A stretch of 63,796 nucleotides of DNA, counting the filler, from Atractiella rhizophila (Eukaryota): assembly GCA_021432655.1 (NCBI GenBank). It is 3 parts of 3 records of this genome, joined end to end, with 100 filler letters (N's around TTAATTAATTAA, not from the genome) between each part and the next. Parts side by side here need not be neighbours in the genome. Positions count along the whole stretch, not along the records: positions 30,337 to 60,556 come from MU271713.1; 2 more parts are not named here. One strand, 5' to 3'. The position numbers and the translations under genes were made by a program. The number at the start of each line of letters is the position of its first letter. Position 1 is the stretch's first letter. The notes beneath the pieces were generated by a model. The model saw only the letters and a program-made list of their open reading frames with translations. It had not been told where the DNA came from and did not search any database. Positions 37,560 to 51,207 of this stretch are shown here, piece after piece.

Positions 37560-40500
37560 CTACGACGACGGTTTGTCAACCATGACTATCCACATCGAAC
37601 TCGTTATCAGTCCCCGAATCGCAAGGGCAGGCACAAATTAAAGAAAGACGTATGTACCTTCGTCCCCTTCAAGAGGTTCATTTTCGTCTTCATGACTTCC
37701 ATTCACCATCCCGTTCAATTTGATGCCCTGCAAGTCCAGTTCCTTCGCCAGAACAGCCTCCCAACCTTCCTCAAAAGCGTCTGGTCTTTCTTCGGGATCA
37801 GCTATCATCGATGCGATCTTATTCTTCTTCTTCGATACAAGATCGCTCTTCCAAGCTTTGACAGTCCGTGACGTTTGACTATGGTCTGTCTGAGGCACCA
37901 TTACCTCACGAATGTGAATGTGTGCTCACCTCGGTGCATATGTCCGCGAAAAGAGGGCAGCCTCCGAGATTCGATCTGTGTTGAGGAGGATGTCAACGCA
38001 ATCCTTCGTTGCGCCTGTTTGCAATTTTGAAGCAAAAGCAATGTTATTCTGTCCTTTCTCCACTGCGCATCCAAATGTCAACATTCCCTTCTCCAAATGA
38101 TGGAAATGACGGACAAGACATAGCAGCCAGCTCAGCAAGACCCTTATGATCCCCGGTGCTGGTATAGATCAACAGCAGCGCAGAAAGGTCTCCAGCTTTC
38201 GTGAAACATTGAGCAGCGAGATCGATGCGCCAAGTGGCGAGTGCACGATCCCCAATCGTCCTCCACTTTGCCTCATATCCCGTTCCTTCTGTCGATTGGA
38301 CGATCTGAAGGGCGGTATCGAGATCATCCAGCGAGATGGCAAGGTCGAAGCGATGATCAACATCCGTGGAAACTTGCAACGCGAGCTCTTTGAAGTCTAC
38401 GACCACACAATGAGACGGTCAGTAGAGTCCTGCAATAGTAAATAACAAAAGGCATACCGTGAGATTCGAGGAAGCGAGCTATCCGGTTCCTCTGGTCTGT
38501 AGGTATGCTCGGAAGTAGTGATTCCGCCTCTTCCATGTCCCCACGAAGGACTGCTGTTTGATAATCCAGCACAGCGACGGAGAGCGCGAAAGAGAATATA
38601 TTCATCTCCTTATCGCAAAGGTAGATTCGATTCTGAGCCGGTAAGTATCCTAAGAGGTACATCTCGCTGTTCATGCGACATCAGCGTGACTTCGAAATGA
38701 GAGTATATGGTACGAGAAAAGGAGGGAGAACACGCACGTGTCAGAGATGTTGAGCGTCTGCGTCTGCCCGCCAAGGAGATAGTTGAGTTTATTGCTAGAA
38801 GTGGTGTAAACGAAGCAGTCTCCAATCCATTTGCCAGTCCTCACGCCTTCCGAAATCTCAGACGTGAGGTCAAAAGCCGCTTCGACGCCTTCATCTCCAA
38901 CGTTATCGATTCCTCCGCTCGCGTCAACTTCCTGTTGATAGGCATCTCTGTCGAATCGAAGGATGTAAAAGGAGTCTTCGGAGATGATAGCAACCATCGA
39001 GCCAGTGGGGGACCACGAGACCTAATGATGGCTTGAGTGTCTGCCGCACAAGTGTCTTCATGTGAGAAAGGAAGAACGTACCTCTTTCGCCTCCACCTCT
39101 ATCCTTCTTACCAACGCCCCCGTTTCCCAATCATAAAATACAATGAATCCGGGGCCTTTGACAGCGAGCAAATGGCCACCCCAAAGTCCATCAGTATTAT
39201 AGCTGATCCTCACCAACCCTGGCCTCTCCTTAAAGTTCTTGAACACCTTCACCTTCGAGCTCGCCTCCCTCACAGCGTACGTGTTCGAATCGTGCGACCA
39301 GGCAAAGTGTAGACCGGAGCCGAAGGATTTGTTTCGCCATGCGAGAGCGGTATAGATGATGTATTCGCCGTCTCCGCACACTGTTACAAACCTAAAACGG
39401 GTCATAGGTGAGCGAAGAGCGAAGATGGGAGATCAAAGGAGGAAGCGAACCGTCCGTTTGGTGAGTGTTGTAGGGATTGTGGGTAGACTTCTGTGGTACC
39501 CAGCTCGCGCAAAGAGACTTGAAGCTTTTCTCCATCCTTAACTTCTCCTTCTACTCAAAACAAAAATGAGAGAGAACAAGATTGTCTAAGCCAGAAGATA
39601 CGAACCAATTGTCCCCAGATGGGTGCTGAGGATCTCAGTATTCCGGGCATACACGACTTTTCCGCTCACATCCATGCTAACGCTAGGTTCTTCTCTTCCA
39701 AGCTAAATCCAACCCAAACCATATCAATTCTCATTTCTCCCCAGTTACAACAAATACTCGCCTTCAAAACCACCGCACCTTCGTCAAATCCGACTGCGAG
39801 TACGTTGCTCTTCTTTTCCCTATCCCATGCAACACACCAAGCACGCTGCAATCCATAATTCAGCGTGTTCTCCAGGCGGTAAGTACTCGAATGCCAGATT
39901 TTGATCGTTCCATCTTCAGCGCCGGAGACAAGGATGGGGAGGGTGGGATGGAAGAGAGCGAAGGAGACGTTGGATGTGTGCGAAGAGAGGGTGGCTATGA
40001 GAGATTTGGAGAGATAGTCCCAGATCTTGACCAAACTGTAACATCCATGATATCAGTGGCGTTCTTGAGGGAGAAGGGAAAAAGGCAAACCGATCGTCAC
40101 CAGTGGTCACCATCCACGGCTTATCCCCTGCTTGGTAGTACTCCACATAATTCACGCCACGATCGCAAGCTTCGAAGGAGAAGTTAGCGTGAGGAGAACC
40201 GATGGTCCATACTTTGACTGTACGGTCGAGACAAGAGGTAGCGAAGGTGTTAGGATCTTTAGGATTCAGAGCAATGTTCATGATATAGTGAGTATGGCCT
40301 TCGCACACCTATGTGAATAACTCTCAGCCCTCCGTCCTTGCCTGCCCAACGAAATGAAAGTGACGAGTGCGTACCTGGGTACACTTCCATCCTTTATCCC
40401 AGTCCCACACCTTGATCGTGAGATCATCACTTGCAGTAATAACGAGAGGGCGGGTGGGGTGAACAGCGAGAGCTCTAATATAATCTGGGTGGGCTTCGAA

Positions 40501-40979
40501 GGCTGTAATCTTTTCGGAGGTGTTGTAGTTGAAAACACGCAGTTGAAAGTCGTCTGCTCCACAGATGAACCTGCACACCATCAATCATACTCTTCAGAAG
40601 CCACCTAAAATAAAGCATACCAGTTCTTGCGAGGGATGAACTTGACACAGCGAACAGGGACTTCTGTGGCTTCAAAAGATTTGATCAAGTCCTTTACCAA
40701 TGCTCAATCAACCGATTTCCTTGTGAAGGAAGAAGAAACTTACTCCTGTCTCTGAATGCCATATGTAAACATGGCCAGTATAAAGACCGGCAAGCAGCCA
40801 GGGTTCAGTAGGATGGAAGTCGAGAGACTTCACTCTTGCTGAGCGCGCTCGGAATTTTCGCTGGAGGACACTGTGAGAAGGCAGCTCCGACACTGAGGCA
40901 TGAAATATACCTTGACGTCGAGGAGAAGAGGCTGTAACACAGTTCAGAGTAGCTCCACAGGACGAGAAAGGCTTACCAT
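37560..40979 (-). CDS. SEC27: Coatomer beta' subunit
   Basis: [80 protein letters not shown]. Confidence 0.97.
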
Positions 40980-42072
40980 GATGCTCAAGCGCTGGCTGTC
41001 GTGGAGGTTGGGCCACTTCTTTCCAAACAAACAACTTGGATCCAACCCGTCCGGCAACAAAACCACAAGAACGGACGCGTTGGTGTAAATATACGTTCAG
41101 TCCAAGCAGAGGTATCGTAGACCTTTCAAAGATCTGGAGACGGTGGGTGGGTCTTGTCATTTGGACTTTCTGTTGTGCTTGCAGGATACAAATAACCTCG
41201 CGTTACTCCTGCTTACATCTTACTTCCCCCAGAAGTCTCTGCTCATAACACCTTGGAATTATTGCTCTTTCGAATCTGGAAGCGATGGTAACTCAAAGAC
41301 CTTAGCCAGCACCAAATTCTGAAAATTCGAATGAATAACGCCACGCACCTCTTCCTCCTTTGGAAAGGCGTGACGCAGGCTTGGTCCCATAATGAATTGT
41401 AAAGGTATGTTGTACCCATTTCGAACAATCACTCCTTAACAAGATCTACATATTTGCACAACAGAACTAGAAAAGGTTGGCAACATATTACTTCCTCGAT
41501 GACATCTTTGTTTCGCTGTTCGAGGGATATCTCAACAGTGCAAGGACAATACTTGAAAAGACTTTAGAATGAACACAGTGACAAAAGCAAAGGATTCTTG
41601 TTCCTGTTCAAATTACCAAATTTTTGCAGCCAGTGTGGTTCTCTTGACCCTCCAGTAATCCCTGGCTCAGTACAGTGCTAGACAAGTCTTCAGAGGCATT
41701 TGGGAGGCTGGAATGTCCGGCAAGCGGCCGCCTGTCACTTCGCCCACACTAGTGTGGAAGAGACCAGTCTCCGCCGAAGAGATTTTCCCAACATTCTATC
41801 ATGCGGGAGTGTTCTTTCGGATGCCTCACATGAATTGAGTGTCAATCCGCCCCATTTACTTGGGTCAGTGCCCACTCGTCGATCGATTGTAAATTGTAAG
41901 CTGGAAGTACGGAGGGAAATCCCATCTTCCCTCGCACACTGGCTGCCCTCAAAAGCAATCTCGTCCCAATGGGATCTTCTTCTCTCCCACCTTCTGCAAC
42001 ACCTTGCTGAAGTCATCACTTTATCCATTCCTTACTTCCTCAGCTACCGCTTGACACTTCAAACTCCAAACC

Positions 42073-43129
42073 ATGAAGGTTTTCTTCTCGCTGCTCTCAC
42101 TCTGCTCCTTTCCGCTAATTTCAGCTGTAAACAGCGTTGTTGTGAGTTCACTACGGCCGCATTTCAGCAACATACTAAATGTGGGCTAGAATGGTGACTT
42201 TCAGCAGAGCTTCAACGGATGGACACGAAGCAGGTTAAATATTTACATTTTGTCACACTGACGCTACCAACAGCTGGTGGGCTCGTGACAAGCGCTGGGC
42301 CAGACGGGTAGGTTGTTCAGATCCGTTTTTTGCTTGATGACTGAAAAGGGGAGTCAGATCGCTCGCTTGGGTTGCCCAATCCTCGGTAAGCGCCTCAAGA
42401 CCCAGCACCAAGTCCAAGTAGCGAGTGTTTAATTTCTGAGCTTTTATGGGACAGGATTACAATGCCCAAGATGGCATCCAGCAGACAATCACGGGACTAA
42501 CTGTGGGTAACACATATGTCTTCAGCTTTGACGCGAGGACTGTCATCAAGGACTTGGGGAAGGCATGTGCCTCATCGTGCGTGGGCATACCGCCATCGCT
42601 GACTCTTTCTTTTTTCTGTTAATGTGCAGTATTCTTTGGTTGCCTCGTTTGGCCAGTTCGTTGTCGACATAGGATGCCAAGTAACAACAGACTTCAAAAC
42701 GTATCAGTGGAGAGTGACGCCGACCCAAACTTCTCTTTCGCTTGGGTTTTCAGGTTAGAGTTTATGCCATCATCGTCTGTTGCTCATTGTACGCGAATCA
42801 GGATGGAATTATCGGTCGTTCTTCATTGGTAAGCTCTGGCATTTTTATCATTGTCTCCGTCTTCTCAGCTTTTCATCGCAGTGGACAACATTTCTATCGA
42901 CCAAATCTCGCACTCAACCGCTCCAATCGGTGGTCCCGCTCGTCTGAAGAAACGTGAAGAACTGGTGCTGTCTTCTGAAGAAGAGCTGAGTTCTTCGTGC
43001 AATACCAACATTCTCAACTCCGAGGTTTACGAGGTACGTCCCGTGCCCTTCTTCCTTCTCTCTGAAACTGATAGTTTGGCAAAGTGCACGCGAGAATGTC
43101 AAAGTCAATTGTTTCCGGAACTTGCTTGA
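42073..43129 (+). CDS. Small secreted protein with many short exons, CBM4/9-like galactose-binding-fold region
   Basis: Signal MKVFFSLLSLCSFPLISA, NGDFQQSFNGW, GIQQTITGLTVGNTYVFSF, AVDNISI, then LKKRE and a Cys-containing tail; GT-AG introns between short exons. Confidence 0.6.
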
Positions 43130-43965
43130 TCTTTTGGGCTGTTTGAAATGGGTACACGTTGCATTTCAAGAAGAGCGAGAAGCTGCCTCTAGCAAACAGG
43201 CCCATCCCTGATGCACCGCGAGTAACGAGTTACACCATCAGGTCTACATATCACATGGAGCCAAAGAGGGCAATACTTGCACAAGAAGTAGTGCCCTTAA
43301 AAAATGAGGTTTCTAAGAAATGGTGCAGAGGAAATTAATAGTATAACGTCGCATGATACGTTGCCAAAGAACTCACGTACTATGCTCGACACAGTGACAG
43401 AGTCACTTGAGATGTGGCAAGAAAAAAAGATTCCTCAGAACTAACGGGACCATGCGACATCTCTCAGAATGTTCCATCAATATCTGTCTAAGTCAGTGTA
43501 GCAATCTTCGACAAGGAGGGATTTGAGTTCATCAAACAATGTATACTCGACTAAGGGTCGCATCCGCTCGCTGATATTTAACTTATTGTTTCTCTGTAGC
43601 CCCTGATCAAGTGAATGAAATTGAGCAAAACATGAAAGCAAAGCTATCGCAACGTGATTCCGTCGGTTGCAGGATAGGATAACATAGAGCAGTATTTGTT
43701 TACACAAAAGAACTCACAGATTCACCTAATACTTTCATGTCGTTGACGTTTGGCATTATATTCCTAGCATTCTTGTTTTCAATCCCGCTGCCTCCTTCTT
43801 TCCTCGATTCGATTATCAGGGAACTGATCCTGGAGCGGATCAACGAGTTTGTTGTTGTAACGAACGGAGACGAGACGCGATCGAACGACCATGGTGAATC
43901 AATAAGCATCTTACCACAGGTCAAGAGCAGCTCGAGAGCAGGTGCCGGTAATAAGCCTTTTCAAC

Positions 43966-46900
43966 ATGGACTACGACTTTCCTTTGGACCCAGCGCTTGG
44001 CGGTCCTACTTTGATTTCGGAAGAGGAAGAATGGGATGAGGATGACATGATGGAGCATGCTTCAGGTATGGAGAGCGAGGGAGAAAATGAAGAGGATGAG
44101 GGAGACGATGTAGAAGAAGATGTGGAATACGAGGTCTGTACTTTCTACGAGTATTGCAATGGGTCGTTTTGATTGTTTGCCTCAAAGGAAGGAGAACTTA
44201 AGTGGGCACTCCTGCTTCTGTATTACTATAGACTACAGATTCACGTTGACGTACACAGCCGATTGATAGCTGGTATGGGAGGGCCTGCAGGAACGCAGAA
44301 GGATGCAACCACCTCTCAAGCCCTCGGTGCCTGGCAGCAGGAAATACAGAGAGAAATGGAGGAAGACGACGAGTCTTTTGACCAGGCTCTTGGAATCGCA
44401 AAGCGATCGCGCAAGCGAACCAAAAAAGTACACTACCTTTCTGAAATCCTACAACCAGCTGAACGGCGTTATGTGGTGTGTTCAGAAAGCTAGGCTGGAG
44501 CAAAATGTTTCAGCTGAAGTGAGAAGCATGCTTGGTCGTGCAAACATGCTTTACGTCCAGCAAGAATACACGGAGGCTATATCGCTCTTAAACGAAGTCA
44601 TCAAACATGAACCGTCCCTCCGTAACCCTTGGCATACATTGTCTACAATTTGGCAGGAATTGGGAGATGTGGAGAAGTCTCTTCAGGCAAAAATTGTGGC
44701 AGCAAAACTTACTCCCCTGAAGGAGGCCGGTGATGTTTGGAAGGAAGCTGGAAACGAATCCAGGTTTGTGCATTTGATGATCGCGCTTGCTTAATACCTC
44801 AAGTGTTCTGATCGAGCTGTGGTAGAGAGCTGGGGATGTTGCAGCAGGCGGTGTATTGTTACACCCAAGCGTTGAAAATTGACAAGAACGATACGGACGC
44901 GTCATGGGACCGTGCTATTCTTTACAAGGAACTGGGCAATCCGAAAGCGGTAAGCTTTTAGTGTTCAGCAGCTTGTAAATGTCGACCAATAACATTATCA
45001 GGCCATTTCGTCTCATGAATCACTTCTCAAGTTACTTCCTCACGATCCTAACGTCCTTCGAGAGCTCATTCCCCTTCTATATCACTTACCGGCGCTCCCT
45101 GCTGGCATAGTGTATCTTCAAAGTGCCTTCAACCATTATCGCTCCACATACCCTGATCCCTCCAAACTGGATCCCACAGCCTGCCTTTCAATTTCAGATC
45201 TCTCCTGGTTGGTCGACATGCTCATCAAAGAGAAGGCTTATATGGCTGCAATCAAAGAGTTGAAGACAAACATGCGTTGGTTGCAAAACCGAATGCAGGA
45301 TGAAGATCTTTGGAGGCTACTTGAAGAGTTTGACGATAGAGAGTTCGATCCTAGCAGGGCAGACCGCGCTCCCGTTGGCAGCTATGGAGAACCAGCTGAG
45401 CTCCTCGAACTACTTAAAACTGCCCAAGAGCTACCGACTGCGCACTTGCCTGTCGTTTTGCGTGGAAAACTAGGAGTTTGTCGTATGGGATTGGGGGACG
45501 AGAAAGAGGCAAAGCGCCACTTTAGCATCGCCAGGGAGAGCGATCCCGCTATCTACCAGGAGCTTCATTTGGAGATCGGAGACACCTTGTTCGAGCACGA
45601 ATTGTGGGAGGAAGCGTTGGAGGTGTTCGACGACCTAGTGAATAGGCCAGAGTTTCAAACAGTGGAGGTGTATTCGAGAGTTGGGTTGGCACAAAGGAAT
45701 TCGGGGAGGTACAGAGAGGCGGCGGACACATTCGAAGCTGGTTAACAACTTTATTGGTAGCTAGCGATTCTCACTGACGTTGCACTTAGCTGTGGAAAGT
45801 GATCCAAACAATCTGGAGCTCAAGCTGCACCTTGCTGGCATCTACGAGGAGTTGCGAGAATGGGCAAAATCTTTGGATCTCGTAAACGAAGGTACTGTTT
45901 CAGTCTTGCCTGCACACTTGCACATTGAACCTGTGTTCAGTTCTTGAGATTCGTAAACAGATGCAAGACGAAATGATAGCTCAGAAACGGGACGATGGAT
46001 CTCAAGCACAACGTGGAATCTTCCCACAAATGGTCAATCGAAAGAGGAAAAACCCTCGTCGCATGACAGCTGAGGAACGTCGCGCCTTCCATGCAGCGGT
46101 CCAAGAAGAATTCGAACTCTTAATGCATCGTCTAGAGTTACTCGAATCTCAAGATGACTACGAGGCATTGAAAGACTGGACCGAACTCGCCGGCGAATTG
46201 ATAACGAGATTAAGGGAAGATCCTAGGTTCTTCCCTCACAGTCTGAAAATCGCCTTCAGGTGGAAACCGGATAGGCGATACAAGAGAAAAAAAAGTTTAC
46301 AAGATGTTGATGAGCAAGCCAATGTGTTGGCGGATAGGATTCAAATGCAACTGGGTACGCATTGTTGTCTCCTTCTCTGCGTACTGACTCAAGAAGTCAG
46401 TGCGAGAGGAAGCACAGGAAGATGAACAAGAGGAGGATGCTGAGGACTACCGAGGAGTACATTTCGATCGTTGGATGCAAATCATCATGAAGGTTTGCCT
46501 TTGCAGTTCCTCTTGCCGGATTAAGGGGGGCTAAAAGTGATGATAGTATGCTGTGATGTGTACGCAATTCGGGGATCCAACCACGGCTTTGGAAACACTG
46601 GACCACTTAGCTTACGCCTCTGTTTTTCGGAAATCTGACCGATACTATACCAACATCCAATTGACGCGAATCTGTAAGTTGTTGTCACGGTCCTGAGGGC
46701 TTTAATAATTGTTTTGCCAGCGGTCTGCTTTAACACCAGTAATTGGGGAGGACTCACAGAATCCATCCGACTGCTAATCAATCGCTTCCCACTTCACCCC
46801 GACTTCCCCAAACTATGGCAAGCACTTTGCTCCCAAGGCCATGGTCCTATCCAAATCTTTTCCGATGTTGCCTTTGGGAAAGTTCTCGAGAGGAGGAGCG

Positions 46901-47762
46901 AGTTGATTGAAGTGCTGGCGAGCGATGTGGGGGCTAATCTCCCGATTACCAAGGAAGGATTCGCGGTGGGAGAGAAGCACATCTTGAGAGCGCATAAGGG
47001 TCGATGGGTGCTGAAGACCCTTCATCCCAGTAGCAAATTGACTCTTCCCAAGTCTGGACAACCCATCGATGAGGACGACGATCTGAGGGACGACGAGCAG
47101 GATGGCGGGGAAATGGTGGACGCTCCCTGGCGTCCCAAGAACGCGAATCCTTTCTTGCAAGCCATGCTGGGCAATATGTCGATTCTTTCCCGGTCATACC
47201 AATGGTCGATAAGGCAATACCTCAAGGTGTACGAAAACTATCCTTCGAACGCTTTGATATGCCTTTGCCTTGCGGTCGGGTATATCTTCAGAGCCATGAC
47301 CAGAAAAGTCGACAATAGGCATTACGCCATTGCTCAGGTCGGTTTCGATGTTCGCGCACATTGATGCTGACGAGGTTGTAGGCAATGGCTTTCTTACAAA
47401 AGTACCGAAGGCTGAAAGGAGAATCGTCAGAAACGCAATACAATTTGGGAAGAGCATTTCACTCATTAGGTACAGACCAAGGTCTCCCATCTTCCAACAA
47501 CAGATGTTCTGATGGTATGCGCACAGGCTTACATCATTTGGCAATTCCGCATTACGAAAAGGTCATTGAAATGTCAAAAAACGGTACGACGAATGGGATT
47601 GATTACGCGAATGAAGCTAGATATAACCTACATCTAACTTGTGAGCTATTGCAGCAGCGTGATTGATTTGTGCACTCATCCAAGTCTGTAGTTGCCAGCG
47701 TTGGACAGCCTGAACTTAGCCGCTCCTTCCTGCTGCAGAATCTCAGTATCACGGATCAGTAG
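43966..47762 (+). CDS. TFC4: RNA polymerase III transcription factor IIIC TPR subunit (tau131/GTF3C3)
   Basis: Acidic N-terminus, LGRANMLYV..EAISLLNEVIKHEP..PWHTLSTIWQELGD TPRs, C-terminal RAMTRKVDNRHYAIAQ, ETQYNLGRAFHSLG|LHHLAIPHYEKV, EARYNLHL. Confidence 0.88.
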
Positions 47763-48112
47763 TTTCAGCCTCCAAATTTTAGGTGTTTCGCTTTTGCCAG
47801 TTGGCCCAGATGCAATAACTTATCTATGGTGTATCATTATGACATTTTTCAATTTGGAGTGACCGACTACATGGCTTCAGAGTGTCAAGAAAATAAAACG
47901 CACAGGACTTCTTCGTCCTTCTGTCACTCATTCCTCCTATCCACAGGTCTCTCCAACCTTTCAGGCTTCAGCTGCCCGTTCTTTCCTATTTAAGGCTATC
48001 GAAGGAGCGTCTTCATAAAGGGACGGGATCTAACCAGACTCTGTACGGATCAGCCTAGCCTAGAACGTTGCTAGGTATATCCAGTGTGGTCTATGGTTTG
48101 GGGTCAGGTCAA

Positions 48113-48712
48113 TCAAGCTTCCAGCCCTTGAATTTTCGTCTCTTCATCTTGAAGAATCTTCTCCCCGTCCTTAAATCCCAGAATTAGAGTGCGGTTATGG
48201 ACAATCGCTGCCTGTTGTGTTTTCCTGATCGTACCTATGTCATTCCCATCACAGATGTTAGCCGTTCAATCCTCCTCCTCGGAAGGTGAATGATAAAAGT
48301 AGTACCTCCAACATGCAATACCTGCGCAATAACCGGCTGTCCTTTGATGCTCCTTAACAATGTCAAAGCGGCCCATATATGCTTGTGTCCCTCTCTCGAA
48401 CAGCGAATGATGGACAGGTTCGTGACGGGGCTGTAGTATTTCACTTTATTTCAAAGTTGCAATCAAAAGGAAGAAGCATGCAATAGAGAAAACAACACAC
48501 CAACTATCCCGCCTGAAAGACCACCGCCAGTTATGTCTCCAAAGTTGGTGACTAGCGAATCACGCAGGATGGACGCGATTTCTTTTTCAAGGAGCTGTGG
48601 AGGAGATGAATCGGGTGAGAAATGAAATTGCGTCAAGAGATAGCGATTCTGCGGTCGCACCATCAGATTTTGGCCACAGCGGCACTCACAGGCTTACCTT
48701 GAAGCGTACCAT
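48113..48712 (-). CDS. POP5: RNase P/MRP subunit Pop5 (Rpp14/Pop5 family)
   Basis: MVRFK|NRYLL, LRDSLVTNFGD, VKYYSPVTNLSIIRCSRE..IWAALTLL, VLHVG|GTIRKTQQ. Confidence 0.92.
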
Positions 48713-48847
48713 GCTGCTTCCTGGCCGTCAGAAGAACTTGGGGAGAGATCTGGCCACCACTACATGCTTAGTACCGGATTAGCAACTGCAGACCAACAGA
48801 CGAATCACGACCACTTGACATTTTGAAGTATCAGAAGGATAGCTGCA

Positions 48848-51000
48848 ATGTGTAAGTCTCTTACCTCGCATTGTGTTACTAGGTTGATGCTGGAACAGCT
48901 TTCGGATTCAGCGGATTTGGTCAAAGTACGGTGTCCTCAGCTCCTTTGTCTTTATGTTGACTCGCTAAATATCGACAGACAACGCGTCGAACACCTCAAC
49001 AACAGGCCTAGGTGAGTTGTAACGTCCAGTGCTCATGTACCATGCTAAGCGATATTGGGGACTTAGCGGCTCCTTCAGCCTTTGGCGCTTTTGGAGGCAG
49101 TTCAACAGCTGCAGCTGGAGGGACGACACCTGCTTTTGGGGGTTTCGGAACGACGACCACGAGCGCACCAGCGACTGGGAGCACGCCTGCGCCTAGTTTC
49201 AGCTTTGGGAGCACACCTGCCGCTCCGTCTAGTGGAGCTTCCACACCATCTTTATTTGGTGCTGGAGCTACCTCGACTGCTGGAGCTGCAAAGCCTGCTT
49301 TTGGAGCTGGCGGAAGTACGTTTGGGAGTGGGAGTGCTTCTGGAGGTTTTGGAGGTTTTGGGGGTGCGTATATTCTCCATGTCATTCGTATGAGGCATGG
49401 GATCGTTGATGAGATAAACAAAGGCTCGAGCGCTTTTGGAGCTAAGACGGATGCTGCTCCCACTGCGAACGCCTTCTCGACTCCTCTCAAACCAGCAGCT
49501 TCCACTCCCTCTCTTTTCGGCGGCAGTAGCACACCAGCCGCACCATCCACTCCTGCTGCACCCGCAACCAGTGCATTTGGAAGTACGCTCAGTTCAACGC
49601 CTGCTGCCGGAGGGTTCAGCTTTGGGAGCAGTACGAATACGGCGGGCACAACTACACCAGCTGCGACTCCTGCGAAGCCTCTAACATTTAGCGGCTTCGG
49701 CGCTAGCACGACCACTGCAGCGACCCCTGCAACAACCGCACCCACGACCACTGCCCCAACCTCGCTCGCTCCTTCGTTTGGCGGTACAGGTGGATTTTCT
49801 TTCGGCGCGGCGGGGAAAGCGAAGGAAGAACCGGCGAAACCCGCTGGCTCTACTCTGTTCGGTGGTTCCACACCAACGACTACGAAGCCTGCTGCTACTC
49901 CAACAACCACCGCTCCAGCAGCTGGAGGATTGTTTGGAAACACTGCAGCTACAAGCCTGACAAGTGGGACCTCTGCTCCTTCACTTGGTTTTGGACTGGG
50001 GTCAAGTACTAAGCCCACCACCACTACTGCTGCGCTTACGCCTGCAACGACAACCAGTGCTGTCACCCCTTCCCTATTCGGTGGTGCTCCTGCTGTGACT
50101 GCGACCTCCACGACAGCAGGTATTCTCACGACCGCTCCTACAGTCTCCGGATCACTTGCACCAGCTACAACTTCCACGCTAGGGGCCTTGGGAAATACAC
50201 TTGCAGCAGGAACGAATGCCCTCGCTGCTTCCAAACCCCTCTCTGCTCCCACGCCTTCCCTTCTCAAGAACAAAACACTCGCTCAGATCGTATCTGGCTG
50301 GCAAAACTCGCTGACGACCCATACGACCGAATTCAAGACTATGGCAGAGGAAATATTGTACTGGGACCAGATCCTGATTGCAAATGGGGAGAAAATTGGT
50401 AAGATTTATGGGGAGGCGGTCGGTCTGGAAGAAAAGGGGAAGGAACTGGATGGGGTTGTGGAGTATGTTGAGGGCCAGCAAAAAGAGTTGGAGAGTGTGT
50501 TGAGCGAGTACGAGAAAGAGGTTGATGAGCTCTTGAGTGGGAGAGGGATGGATTTTGGCTCGAGTGGTGGAGCAGAGAGAGAGAGGGAGAAAGCGTACGT
50601 CATCTCCAGTCCTAGTAGACCAACAGTTGATACCAACCGGTGCAGATATGCTTTGGCAACGAATCTCTCGACGACGTTGACTACGATGTCGAGTAACCTT
50701 TCTTCGATAATAAACGAAGCCAACACTCTCTCCTCTCTCTCCTCTCCCTCCACACAAGCGCAAGAAGAAGAGTCGGACCCACTCCTTCAGATCGCTGCTA
50801 TCCTCAACGGTCATCTCAACAGTCTGAAATGGCTCGAAGACACGAGCGAACGCATGAAGGGACAAGTGGAGGATTTGGAGGGAAGGGTAAATGAGGTCAG
50901 AAAGGGGATGGGCTTGGGACAGGGAGCCAGCGAAAGGAAGAAGTCGAGTTTGAGCAATTCGAGGGCGGGAACGCCAAATAGGCATACCTCTTGGCGATGA
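48848..51000 (+). CDS. NSP1: FG-nucleoporin Nsp1/Nup62
   Basis: FG/FSFG/SLFG repeats, then Nsp1_C: LKNKTLAQIVSGW..EFKTMAEEILYWDQILIANGEKI, EREKAY, DPLLQIAAILNGHLNSLKWLE. Confidence 0.95.
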
Positions 51001-51207
51001 TAGTTTGCACGATTCTACACTCTAATGAAAAGTATATATTGAGCAATTGTGCTTATTCCAGTTCCTCAAGAAACTCAATAAAGCAAACACACTCTGCTAA
51101 ACTATGTAGGAACTCGTAAATCTATGAAACAAAGCCCTATAAACATGACGAAAGGAACGAAGTCAGAAGTCTTAAAATTCTTCTATATTGCGAGCAGCAG
51201 GGCGAAA

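Noticed and set aside
43477..43924. Possible minus-strand gene divergent from TFC4
   Set aside because: Two short ORFs with no recognisable motif; insufficient support.
49008..50273. 421-aa minus-strand ORF, and the 268-aa ORF at 50179-50985
   Set aside because: Antisense shadows of NSP1, with no independent motifs.
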